From: Eledone cirrhosa
Lineage: Eukaryota
DNA: 64,000 nt
Direction: 5' to 3'
NCBI GenBank assembly: GCA_964016885.1
Contig: OZ024741.1
Coordinates: forward strand, 82,088,001-82,152,000
The position numbers were made by a program, and so were the translations under genes. Positions 1 to 11,322 of this stretch are shown here, in pieces. A model generated the notes under the pieces. That model was given only the letters and a program-made list of their open reading frames with translations, did not search any database and was not told where the DNA came from. How positions within the stretch are numbered: position 1 is the first letter of the stretch; every line of letters starts with the position of its first letter.

Positions 1-289
1 GAGATGAAACGAACATAATCGTCTACAGAGTGTTGATTGTTGTGAACTCTTAAATGACTACCAGGCCCAGCACGAGAGAAAACAACCTTTCCACAGATTT
101 TAAAGACATAAACCGAATGGATATATCTCGGGAATGAGACCACATCACCTTCATATTCAACCCTCTTGATCTCAAAGCTATTATATCAATCACAAACCTG
201 ACTTCTCCAACCAGATCCACTCTCTTCCTCATTTTCTCAATGCTCAACAGTAATACCAAGGATTTTCAGGTTCTTTTTGTCAATTTTTA

Positions 290-1330
290 TTTTTTAAACC
301 TTTCTTTGGTTAGTTTCTGGGGCGTTTACCAAGAGTTAGCTCTCCATACTAAATTCGCTTAGGCAATCTCTCCCCTCCCTTCAAATTTAAATGTCCGGCG
401 CAACACAGCTGGTATCAGTTGAATACATTTCCTCTGCTGGATGTTTTTGCCTGCTGCACAACAGAGTTTTCAGTTGTAAATGACTGCTACTTAATTTTCA
501 AAATAGGCCTTAGGCATGTTTGGTTGAATCGTACCAATATCTTGACATGATGCCGGTATGAGGTCCAAGTCTCAGAAGATTGCAAGAGAGAGTCGGAGCA
601 TAAACAATATATAGTCAAAGAACAGCTGTGCAGTAAGTTAACACTGAGGACCATGATTCTGTCACTAACATCGTAGGTTTCATACAGATGGCTAGTTAGC
701 TCAATTCGAATGGCAAATCCTACACTCACTCACAGTTCTCTCTCTCAGGCTTGCCCTTCCATAAAAAGAAGTGATGCAATCAGGATTCTAGCAACTGATC
801 CTCAATACACCGTTGTTTTTCAGTGACTGCAGATATGTCAATACTATAACGAGCCATTACCTTTGCTTTCCTATCAGTTCAAAGTTCGGGATTACTGTAC
901 ATTCTGTAGTCAAGAAGTGTCATTATGTTCCAAGTACCGACATTCATTCTGCACCTTTTCTATCTCTTAGGTTTTGCCCTGCTATTATGAACCACCCCAA
1001 TCGCAGGATGCTGGCCAGTTTGATGACTGAACAGGCTTTGTTTAGATCACTCTTTCTACACCCTTCCCATGTGGTATGAGTGAGCCGTACAACCGCTGAA
1101 TCATGTTGACTATGCAGCGACGTTAGTATAAGATTCTAGTCGTCTGCAGTAAGATTTGTCACTATGTGCTATTAACCCATCAAGTCAGCATATATTGCCA
1201 TTCTTCCATCGCCCTGGGGCATATGAAGAAATATCTACACATAAAATGTCAATTTTACGTGCTTATACGAAACACATAGTCCACATAATCCAAATGCTAT
1301 GCGTCCACTGATGAACTAATGTAAGATAAC
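290..1330 (-). pseudogene. Degenerate RTE-clade (BovB-like) LINE reverse transcriptase fragment
   Basis: ORF 487..729(-) ends ...SLLQSSETWTSYRHHVKILVRFNQTCLRPILKIK, matching the RTE motif LLYGxETWTxYRRHxKxLxxFHQxCLRxIL. A YADD-like remnant lies near 1140-1158. Many stops and frameshifts. Confidence 0.7.
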
Positions 1331-1689
1331 AGGGCAGTTAGGAAGATCGTATGTGTTTTGACGTGGAGTTTAATCTCTTCGGTGGGTGTAGCCGTACTTA
1401 CCATGCTTCGACAATTGCATGTTTTTAAGGGTATTTAAGTCATTGTTGACATTGTGGAATTTATCCGCGCTTTGTTATTGTGCTGTTGGGTCTTCATTTA
1501 CCCTCCCCGTCAGACATGGATACAATGGGGAGAGAGTTAATTAGCCGACCCCCCCCCCCCAACTATGAAACAAGTTATACTTGGCTTCAGGGTACCAGTA
1601 CCAGGCAGTCCAACGTACCCATACGCCACGCACATATACACGAAACATTGTGTGAAATTTCTGGAAAAAAATTATATATACATTTTTAT

Positions 1690-4600
1690 AATTAGATACA
1701 ACAAAATTGAACTAAATGAATTTTCAGAAATGTTTAATTTCAATATTTCAATTATATTCCTGAAAATGCTTATCAAATTTCTCCCAAATATTTTCAAACA
1801 TTTTCCGGAAGTTTTTTACAAAATCTTTTTCGAAATTGAAAAAAGTTTTCCTAAAAAAATAAACCGAATATTTGACGCACAGATTTCACAATATTTTCAA
1901 AAGAAATTGTTAAATGTATTCGATGGAATTTCATGAAATATTTTCCTAAAATATTTTGAAAATATAAAAAAAAATTTTCGAAAAGATTTGGAGTAAAATA
2001 CATTTGTGCAATTTTCATAAGAATGATTTTACAAAATCTGAGAAAAATACGACGAAAACTTTGACATGCATTTTTTAAAATCTTCTGACGGAAATTTGGA
2101 ATATAATTTTTGAAAGATTTTGAAGTAGTTTTGAGGAATTATTTTTCAAACCTTTCCCACAAACCTTCCGGAAATATTTCCACCACAATTACGACAATAA
2201 ACATCCTCAGTTTGTTTGTCTTTTAATCAAAATTCTATTAACATATTTCCACAATATTTTCTCATAAATATTTATGAACATTTTCACGAAAACGTTTGTT
2301 TTTCAAATATTCTTCTCAAATGTAAAAAATAGCTTTGATAAATTTTCCGAAAGTGTCCTGAAGATTTATTTCAAATTTTGTTCTTAAAAATCATTAAAAA
2401 CAAATTTTCCTAAAAACGTTTCAAACATTTACCTGAAATGTTTTACAAAGTCTTTTTCGAAATAAAAAAAGATCTCTTAAAAAACTAAACGAATATTTGA
2501 CGCGAAATTTCCACAAGGTTTTTTGAAGAAATGTTTGAATGATTTCGTCAAACTTTCATGAAGTATTTTCGTAAAATATTTTGCTATGAATTTTCATTAA
2601 AATATTTTGAAAACTTCCCCGCAAGATTTTTGAAAACATTTTTTCAAAAAGATTTGTGTTAGACTTTTGAGAAAATTTAGAAAACAGTATTTGAGAATAT
2701 TCTAATAGAAATTTTCGACAAGATTTGGAGTATGTTTGTGCAATTTCGATAAGAACGTTTTTACAAAAACTGGGAAAATTTTACAAAAACATTAATATGA
2801 ATTTAAAAATATTCTAACGGTAATATGAAATCAATTTTAGAGAAATTTTTTAGTCAAATCCGAGGAAAGTTTTTCAAATCTTTCGATAAAAATTCTATTA
2901 ATACAATTCCTCCATAATTTCTCATAAATGTATATGAATATTTTCACAAAACGTTTGTTTTCAAATGTTCCTCTCATATGTTATTCAAAGTATTCTCAAA
3001 AATTGCTTTGATAAATTTTCCGAAATTTATAAATGTATTTCGAAATTGAAAAATGGTTTATAAAAAAGTAAACTAATATTCGATGCAAAATTTTCACAAT
3101 ATTTTCAAAAAATGTTTTAAACGTTTTCCACAAAACTTCATGAATTATTTTTCTAAACTAATTTGCAATAAATTTTCATTAAAATATTTTGAAAAATTTA
3201 CAATATCTTTTTTCGAAATTGAATAAGAAGTTTCCTAAAAAAAACTTTTGTATTATTATTTTGAGAAAATTATCGAAACAACGTCAGCGAAAAGATTTAG
3301 AGTAAAATATATTTGTGCAGTATTGATAAGAATGTTTTTACAAAAACTGAGAAAAATACGACGAAAACTTTGACGTGAATTTTAAAAAATCTTCTTCGAA
3401 TATAATTTTTTAAAGATATTTAAAATCAATTTTGAAGAAATTGTTTTCATGAAATTGTTTCCCAGAATTCCCCCAGTATATAAAACATATTCTCATTTTG
3501 TTGATGTTTTGATGAAAATTCTATTAAAATATTGCCTCAATATTTATTCATCAATGTATATGAAAGTTTTCATAAAACGTTTGTTTTTCAAATATTCTTC
3601 AGAAATGTTATCCAAAATATTCTCTAAAACATTGTTTTAAAAATGCCTTTGCTTTATCTCTTTGAGAAAATTTTCCAAGCAATCTTTGAGAATATGTTAA
3701 TAGAATATTTCGAAATGATTTGAAATCTTTTGACAGAAATGTGAATTAAAAGATTGGGAAATATTTTAAAATAATATCGAGGAGAGTTTTTTTTTATATT
3801 TTCTCTCCAAATTTGTATTCATTAATATATTTTGAAAATTTCACCTGAAGAGTTTTGAAAAATCTCTGTGATGGCTTCTTGAGAACATTTTCGAAAGAAT
3901 CCTTGTGTGCATTTTAATAGAAATATGTGAAAAGATGTGGTGTAAAATATATTTCTGCAATTTTATTGAAAATGATTTTAGAAAAACTGAAGGAAATTAG
4001 GGGAAAGTGTGAGATGAACTTTTTAAAAGCTGGCGGAAATATGAAATCAAATTTAAAAAAAAAATTTTAATTAGTTTCCAGGAAATTCTTTTTTATATTC
4101 ACTATTTTTCCCTACAATTCCTCCTAAATTAAAAAATAAATCCTGAATTTTTAAATCTTTTTATCAATATTCTATTAAAATATTTCCTCAGTAATTTTTC
4201 ATAAATGTTTATGAAAATTTTCAAAAAACGTTTTCAAATATTCTTTACAATGTTACTCAAACATTTCTAAAATATATGATTTGTTAAACTTTCTCAACGT
4301 CTCCTCAAGATGATTTAAAATTTTGTCCATAAACTTTTATAAAAGCATTCTTCACAAACCTTAAAAAATATATATATTGCTCAAAATGTTTTAAGAAATT
4401 TTTTGAAATTGAAAAAAATCGTTTCCTAAAAATACTAAATGAATATTTGACGCAAAGTTTTTACAACTTTTTAATAAGAAATTCTTGAATGTCTTCCATA
4501 AAATTTCATGAGATATCTCACTAAATATTTTGCAATATATTTTCATTAAAATATTTTGTAAAATTAACATCAATATTTTTGAAAACCTTTTTATTTGTGT

Positions 4601-5320
4601 TAGCAAATGAGGACATTTTCTAAACAATCTTTGAAAATATTTTAATCGAAATTTGTGTAAAAATTTGGAGTAAAATATTTGACATTTTGGTAAGAAAATC
4701 TTTATAAAAACTGACGGAAATAAGACAAATCTTTCGGATTAATTTTCTAAAATCTTCTGACGAAAATAGGATTTAAAATTTTTTAATCAGTTTTGAGGAG
4801 ATTTTTTAAAACGTTTTTACCACAAAATTTTATGATATATTTTATGATATATCCACACAATTACCCTGAAAATAAAAATAAAATCCTCAATTTGTTGATC
4901 ATTTGTTCAAATTCCTATTAAGATATTTTCTCAATATATTCTCATTTTATGAACATTTTCACAAAACTTTGGTTTTTCAAATATTTTCCTGAAATGTTGC
5001 TCACAGTTTTCTAAAAAAGAAACTGCTTTGATAAATTTTCCGAAAGTTTCATCAAAATTTTTTTCAAATTTTTATTTTAAACTTTTATACAGACATACCT
5101 TTTTTTTTTTTTTTATATTTTGCTTGCTAAAAATATTTTCAAATATTTTCATTAAATGTTTTACAAAATGTTTTAAGAAATTGAAAAAAAATGTTCCTAA
5201 ATGATCTAAAAGAATATTTGACGAAACATTTTAACATTCATCATAAACTTTTTTTTTTAAATTTATTGCCAAAAATGGTTTCAAAAATTTCACAAAATCT
5301 TCTTAAGTTTCTACGTAAAT
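1690..5320. repeat. Highly diverged AT-rich tandem repeat, about 5-6 units of ~570-770 bp
   Basis: Motif gaatatttgacg (or variant) recurs at 1866, 2491, 3074, 4441 and 5212. Motif gatttggagtaaaata (or variant) recurs at ~1985, 2722, 3294, 3934 and 4663. Confidence 0.75.
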
Positions 5321-5351
5321 TGCTGGCCTTGGGTTTAAGTTAAAATAGAAA

Positions 5352-5387
<36 letters not shown>

Positions 5388-5753
5388 TTATTATTATTAT
5401 TGGTCTAAGCGGACGTATTTTGCTCGCTCACAGTAAGTCGCTTTATTCGCCTGTTTAAATTATTTGTTGTTAAATATTTCTTGTAGACTTTGCTCCGTGA
5501 AGGGGAAAGTATAATATTTGGGCCTTTTGGCCCAAATATTTGAACTTTTTTTACATGTTAAAAAATTTACGAAGAAAAAAAACTTGGCTGAGCCACGCCC
5601 CCCAGCGATATGTCGGCTGTCGTGCGACAACGACGTAGAAGTTGAGAGGAGCGCTGCAGCGAAATTAACACACATTGATAACAGAAACACCAACACAAAC
5701 AAGGTAAACAAAGTCACCAATGATGCCAATAAGAACTCTAATTTGAAAAAAAA

Positions 5754-7562
5754 ATGACAGTAACAGCGACAACGAAAATACAGATAACAAAAAAAAAAAA
5801 TAACAAATACAACAACAATATCAACACCACTAACATGAAAACAACTAGCGACAACACCAACAGCAACAATACCAACTGCACCGAGAACAACGGTGGCAGC
5901 AAAGACAGCAATGATAACAGCGACAGTGCTAACAACAACACCAACAAGAACAACGTCAACAACACCCCCAACGAAAACAGGACCACTTTCGCTGCGGCAG
6001 CAGCAAAAAAGAGGCCATGCTTCAACATGGACCTCTCAAACAAAGATGAAAAGTTGGCCCTGGCATGGAAGCCTATCAAGCAAGAGCAAACTTGGGCCAA
6101 CTTAACTGTCCCGGTAGAAGCTATTGAGGCAGTGGAGCGCAAAACGGTGCTTTATAGATGCATCTCAGCACAAACCAAAAGGGCAGCGTTAATCCCACAA
6201 GAAGATATCGAAGTCCCGCTGACGTGCATCAGAGAAGACACCCAGTACATAGAGAGGGGCAGACAGTACGGCACCATTTCGGTGTTGTTCAAGTCAGAAG
6301 CCCTCGCGATGAAACACGCCATGACTCCTTGCAAAACCAGCAAGGTCATAATGTACCCCTCCCACATGGGAAAAAGAACGGCCCGTCTCCGCATTCCCAG
6401 AATCCCACCAGGACTTGACATGTGGTGGCTTCTGGGATGTGTGATTGTGGACGGGACGGATACAGACCCTATAGAAGTGACCAGAACGGCCAGAGAGGAC
6501 TGGTCCGGAGTTGACCTAGAGATCCTTCTCCAGATCAGGCCCGAGAATGTGAAGACAATCCCAGACCACATCCGCCTTCAGAATGGGACTGTCATTCACA
6601 TTATGACCGAAGGCAAAAGGCCGCAGTGTTTTGTTTGTGGGGAAAAAACCCATTTGCGAGCCTTCTGCCCTCAACTGCTGAAAGAGGCAAGGGGTCGAAA
6701 TGCTCCACTGCTGCCTACGCCGGGGCGAGGACCACAACCAACAACTGCACCGGCAAAACCACCAACAACAACACCAATAGAAAGACCACCACCAACATTG
6801 ACCACCCAGGGAGGAAAGGAGGAAAGGTGTCAAATTCCCCCTCCACCCCAAAAATACACACCCCAATAAAACCTTAAACATACATACAGACACACTTACA
6901 GAAACATACCCCTCATCTACCAGTAGTGAAAATGAGGGAAATCCAAAATCCCCCGAAATACAAAAAAGGAAACACAAAAAGAAAAAAACACTCAACAAAG
7001 CACAAAAGCACCCACAATAAAAAACGCAGACACCACCCACGCAAACATCTCTCCAATAACACCAACATCAACACCACCATCACCATCACCAGAATCCCCC
7101 AAACGCAAACAACCGAAACAGACGCAAGAACAAATATACACACAAACATCTGAAACCACAGACATCGCACTCGCAACAAACACAGATACAACCGAAACAA
7201 CACCACCAAAACCATCACCACTACAGTCACGCAAACAAATAAAATCACACCAACAAAACATACAAAACTTCGTGCTCGTCAGGAGGGCCAACAAGGAACT
7301 GATGGCCCTCGTAGCACGAAGTGAAAATATACAAAAAGAGGGGGAAATGTTTAAATCGAGCACATTTCGCGTGCCGGAAGATTTGGTTCTGGTGCGAATG
7401 TCGCTCGACATATGCAAAGAAATACGACACAGCTTTCCTCGGGACGTGGGAACCCCGAACGTAAAACCCACTTCAAGACTTTTAAAGGGGTTCCCAAAAG
7501 AAACCCCACTAACTATGGAGGTCGAACAACCCGACCTTCACAAGAGCCCGGAAGGTAAGTAA
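5754..7562 (+). pseudogene. ORF1 (gag-like nucleic acid-binding protein) of L1/Tx1 copy 1, frameshifted after 6869
   Basis: Asn/Thr-rich N-terminus, TFAAAAAK motif, CCHC knuckle CFVCGEKTHLRAFC, and Pro/Thr-rich tail. C-terminal piece in ORF 7272..7562. Confidence 0.85.
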
Positions 7563-7593
7563 ACCTTCCTCTCTCTCTGTTTAACCTGCCAAC

Positions 7594-10500
7594 ATGGCCG
7601 TATTAAGAGTAGGATGTTTAAATGTTCGAGGCTTGGGATCGTCCTGGAAGCGGGGTCACCTGCTCAACGACCTCAGGTCTATAGAAATGGATGTAATTGC
7701 AGTCAGCGAGACCAGGATTTCCGACACGCGCGCACTAGACCCCATTTTCGACGACTATCAGTTCTTTGCATCTGTTAGCCAGCCGGGAATGGGAGGCGGG
7801 GTGGCAGAGCTGTTTAGGAAAGGCCTGGACCTCGTGGTAAGGTCGTTCTTCCGGGACCCGGACGGCAAGTTGTTGGTCCTGGACGTGAACAATAATGAAG
7901 GTGGTGCCTTTAGACTGGTGGCCGTCTATGTTCCTACTGGGGCAGGACGGCCGGACTTCTTTAGACGCCTGGAAGCCTTTCTGGGTACGTCTCGCCCTTT
8001 ACAGTTAGCGGGCGACTGGAACGGAATCTTAGACGCACGCTGGGACTGTGTGGGAGTACCCGATAGGAGCAGGGGGTGCAAAAGCCTCAAGAACCTGATC
8101 AGCCAGTTCCAACTGTCTGACAGGTACCGACTAGATTTCCCTAATGCACCAGTGTGAACCTGGGCTAACCGCATAGGGTCATCTAGATCTTATATAGACA
8201 GGATATTCATTAGGAAAATAGACGGAAATAGTGTAAGCTGTCCACGTTTTGAAACGGTCGCCTATTCAGATCACAAGTTTGTGATCTGTATGGTTGACCT
8301 AGATAAGACGCGTAGGTTAGTACCTGGTTACTGGAAGCTAAACATGTCATTTCCGGCACGTAAGGCTTACAGGGACCAGGTCAATAATTTAGTTAAGAAA
8401 AAGTTGACAGGGGGAGTCGTCAACAATAGATGGAGGAGGGCTCTCAAAGGAGAGATTAGAGTAATGTCGATAGAGTTTAGCAAAGAAGTAGCATTAGAGA
8501 AAAATATAAAGGAGGGAGAGTTGGTAGATAAGTTAGACGAGGCTATTGGTAGTGGCATTGCAACTGATGTGCTAGCGGCGAGAATGGCATTAGAGCATTT
8601 CTTCAATGCGAAACACGAAGGTTGCATTGTCAGAGCTAAGGCGCGTGCTCTGAGAAACGAGGGAACCAAAGCTGTTCGATGGGCCCGCGTGACAGAGGCG
8701 CAGCGTGGTAATAAAACCACGATTCGGTCTTTGACGGACCGAGACGGGCTCGAGCTGAGCGATTCCAAGAGGATGTGTGAGGCCTTTCGCCAACATTTTG
8801 CTCGGTTGTTCGGGGGAAGTGGCGGGTCAGAGATGGTGGCGGACTTCAGTCCCTACCTCGATCGCTTGCCGCAACTCTCGACGGCTGACGCTGGGCGCTG
8901 CTAAGGCCAATTACTTAAGCCGACATTCAGGATGCCCTTGTAGGCTGCATGAGGCGCAAGTCACCCGGTTTGGATGGTCTGCCCTACGAGCTTTACGTAA
9001 ATATGCCAGACTTGTTTTCCAATCTCCTCGAAGCGCTGTACTGCAACTGGCAGCAAAACGGGAGTATTCCCAGTTCTGTGAGCCGGGGCGTAGTGACGCT
9101 GATAAGGAAAGACGAGAACAAGAGGGACACATTAGACAATTTCAGGCCCATAACTCTACTCAACACAGAGTTTAATATTTTGGCCAGGGTGTTAGCGAAG
9201 AGGTTGGCGCTTGTCGTCGGGGATTTGGTTGGGGAGGCGTAAACTTGCGCAATCGCAACCAGGTCCATACACGACAACCTCCAGCTAGCGATACATCATA
9301 GAGAGGGTAGGGTGTAAACCTGGCTTCGGTGGGGCTCTGATCAACTTAGATCAATCGAAAGCATTCGATAGGGTCGACCATCGGTGCCTGAAGGCTGCCC
9401 TCAAGGTGGCTGGCTTCGGCCCCGTCTTCAGAAGCTGGATCGCTGCAATGCACAGTGGCACCTGCTCGATGGTCAAAATTAATGGCCACCTCTCGAAACC
9501 GTTTCAGGTCTCCCGATACGTCCGTCAAGGGTGTCCTCTCTCCTCCCTTCTGTACGTATTGACTCTCGAGCCTTTACTGCGGAAGCTGGAGCTGTTGCAG
9601 GGCATCCCGCTCGAACCGGGACGCGGAAAAGCTGTGTCGGCTTATGCGGATGACATCACCGTGATGGTGTCGGACACCTCAGAAATCGTGGGGTCGGCAA
9701 CTTATTGGAGGAATATGAAAGGTTGACGGGAGCAAAAATTAACCCAGAAAAGTCAGTGGGCTTGCAACTCGGCACCTGGAGAGGCAAGTCCATGCCGTCC
9801 AACAGCGTCGTTAGGCGCTGGACGGACCGGTAAAGTTGCTAGGGCTTTGTTTCGGGCCAGACCTCCAGGTGGTTAAGAATTGGGACGAGGTGACGGGCAG
9901 GGTAGTCAGTCTCACCCAGAAATGGGCTGGGATGAAGCCATCACTGAAAGGTCGGGCGGAGGTGGCGAACATGTATATCGCGTCCGTCATCTACTACCAT
10001 CTGACTGTCGTCCCTTGCCCCCGTTCGCGCCTCGCCATCTTGGAGCGGCTCCTCTTCAAATTCTTGTGGAGGGGTCAGGTTCTGCTGGTGAGGCGGTCCA
10101 TCTGCTGCCAGCACCCTCTACGTGGATGGCTGGGCATGCCGTAGCTATTGATGCGCAGGCACGCGCTGAGGCTGCGGCATCTCCAGATATTCTGCCTAAA
10201 CGGTGAACAGGTGTGGTCACCGTTTGTTAGACGGGCCTTTCCGCAGCTCGTTTCTTTGACTGAGTTGCAGTCCTGGGTCAAGAAGAGACCGAGACTGGGT
10301 GACTGGCATCTGGAATGTTGCCAGGCACTCAATTCCCTCTACCAGGCGGGTAATTCGGTCAGTGGAACTTCAAATCTCGAGTTCTATAGAGCATTAGTGG
10401 TGGGCAAGTACGACGACACACTCGGAGAGGCTCTGGGAGTCAACGAAGTTGAACTAATCAGTCTGTACCGGAGGACTTTCGAGCCGGGGACGATGGATAA

Positions 10501-11008
10501 TATTCAAAAATCCCTCGCTTGGCAGTGCTACCGGGGGGCACTACCGGTTGGAGATAAACTCTACAGGCGCGAAAGTGCTGTCAGACGGACCTGCCCGAGA
10601 TGCGCGCAGAGCGACGAAACCGTTCTGCACGCACTCGTCCAGTGTCCGTGCATTACGGACTTGTGGAGTTATGTTGAACTGCTGTTGTCGCGTGTAGAAC
10701 GGATCCGGCTATCGGATGAGTCCATAGTGAAGATCGACCCGCCGCCTTCTTTTGGCCAGGAAGGGCAGGCAATTTTCCTCTGTCTGGTGGCAGTAGCGAA
10801 AGAGGTTGTATGGCGAACGAGGTTGAAAGGACTGAAGACAGACACTTTTCTCTTCGGCCAATCCCTCATCAACTCTTTCAAGTTTCACTTGGAAAGGAAG
10901 GTGAGGGTGGAGAGAGAAGTGCTGTCCCCCAGTACATTTTCTGAAAGGTGGGTGAATGTGGCGAGAATGGCCCGTGTGAGTGGGCCTACTCTGGTCATGC
11001 GGCTGTAG
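7594..11008 (+). pseudogene. ORF2 (AP endonuclease, reverse transcriptase, C-terminal zinc finger) of L1/Tx1 copy 1
   Basis: APE motifs LNVRGL, SET, GDWN and SDH. RT motifs GYWKLN, KSPGLDGLP, FRPITLLN, RQGCPLS and AYADDITV. C-terminal CPRC..ETVLHALVQC. Broken into several ORFs by stops and frameshifts. Confidence 0.95.
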
Positions 11009-11278
11009 GTAGGTAAATTTGAAGAGGAGAGGGGCGCCCTTCCAGGCTTCTCTCGAAGCGTCGGGTCGTTCAGGATAGGTGGAGTACCTGAGCGAACCCT
11101 GGGTGGTCATCCCCCCTATTGGGGAATGTTTTCTTGTAATTTTCTTGTTACTTTATTGTTACTTTGTTATTGTTACTTTGTTTATTCATATTGTTTACTC
11201 GAATTTTCTGTAAAACCCCACTGTACTAGTCTTTTGTATTGTCCCCTATATGTCGGCCCTCGTGGCCAATAAATGAAA

Positions 11279-11280
<2 letters not shown>

Positions 11281-11322
<42 letters not shown>

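Larger units (their letters stand above)
5401..11320 (+). mobile_element. L1/Tx1-clade non-LTR retrotransposon copy 1, near full length, inactivated
   Basis: 5' (TTA)n at 5356-5400, ORF1, APE-RT-zinc finger ORF2, 3' UTR with AATAAA at ~11268, and (TTA)n tail at 11281-11320. Confidence 0.93.

Noticed and set aside
5738-7471. Hydrophobic antisense ORFs resembling membrane proteins
   Set aside because: They are shadows of the A/C-rich low-complexity ORF1 on the opposite strand.
5754-11008. Active, intact retrotransposon
   Set aside because: ORF1 and ORF2 contain multiple stops and frameshifts, as do all other copies in the window.
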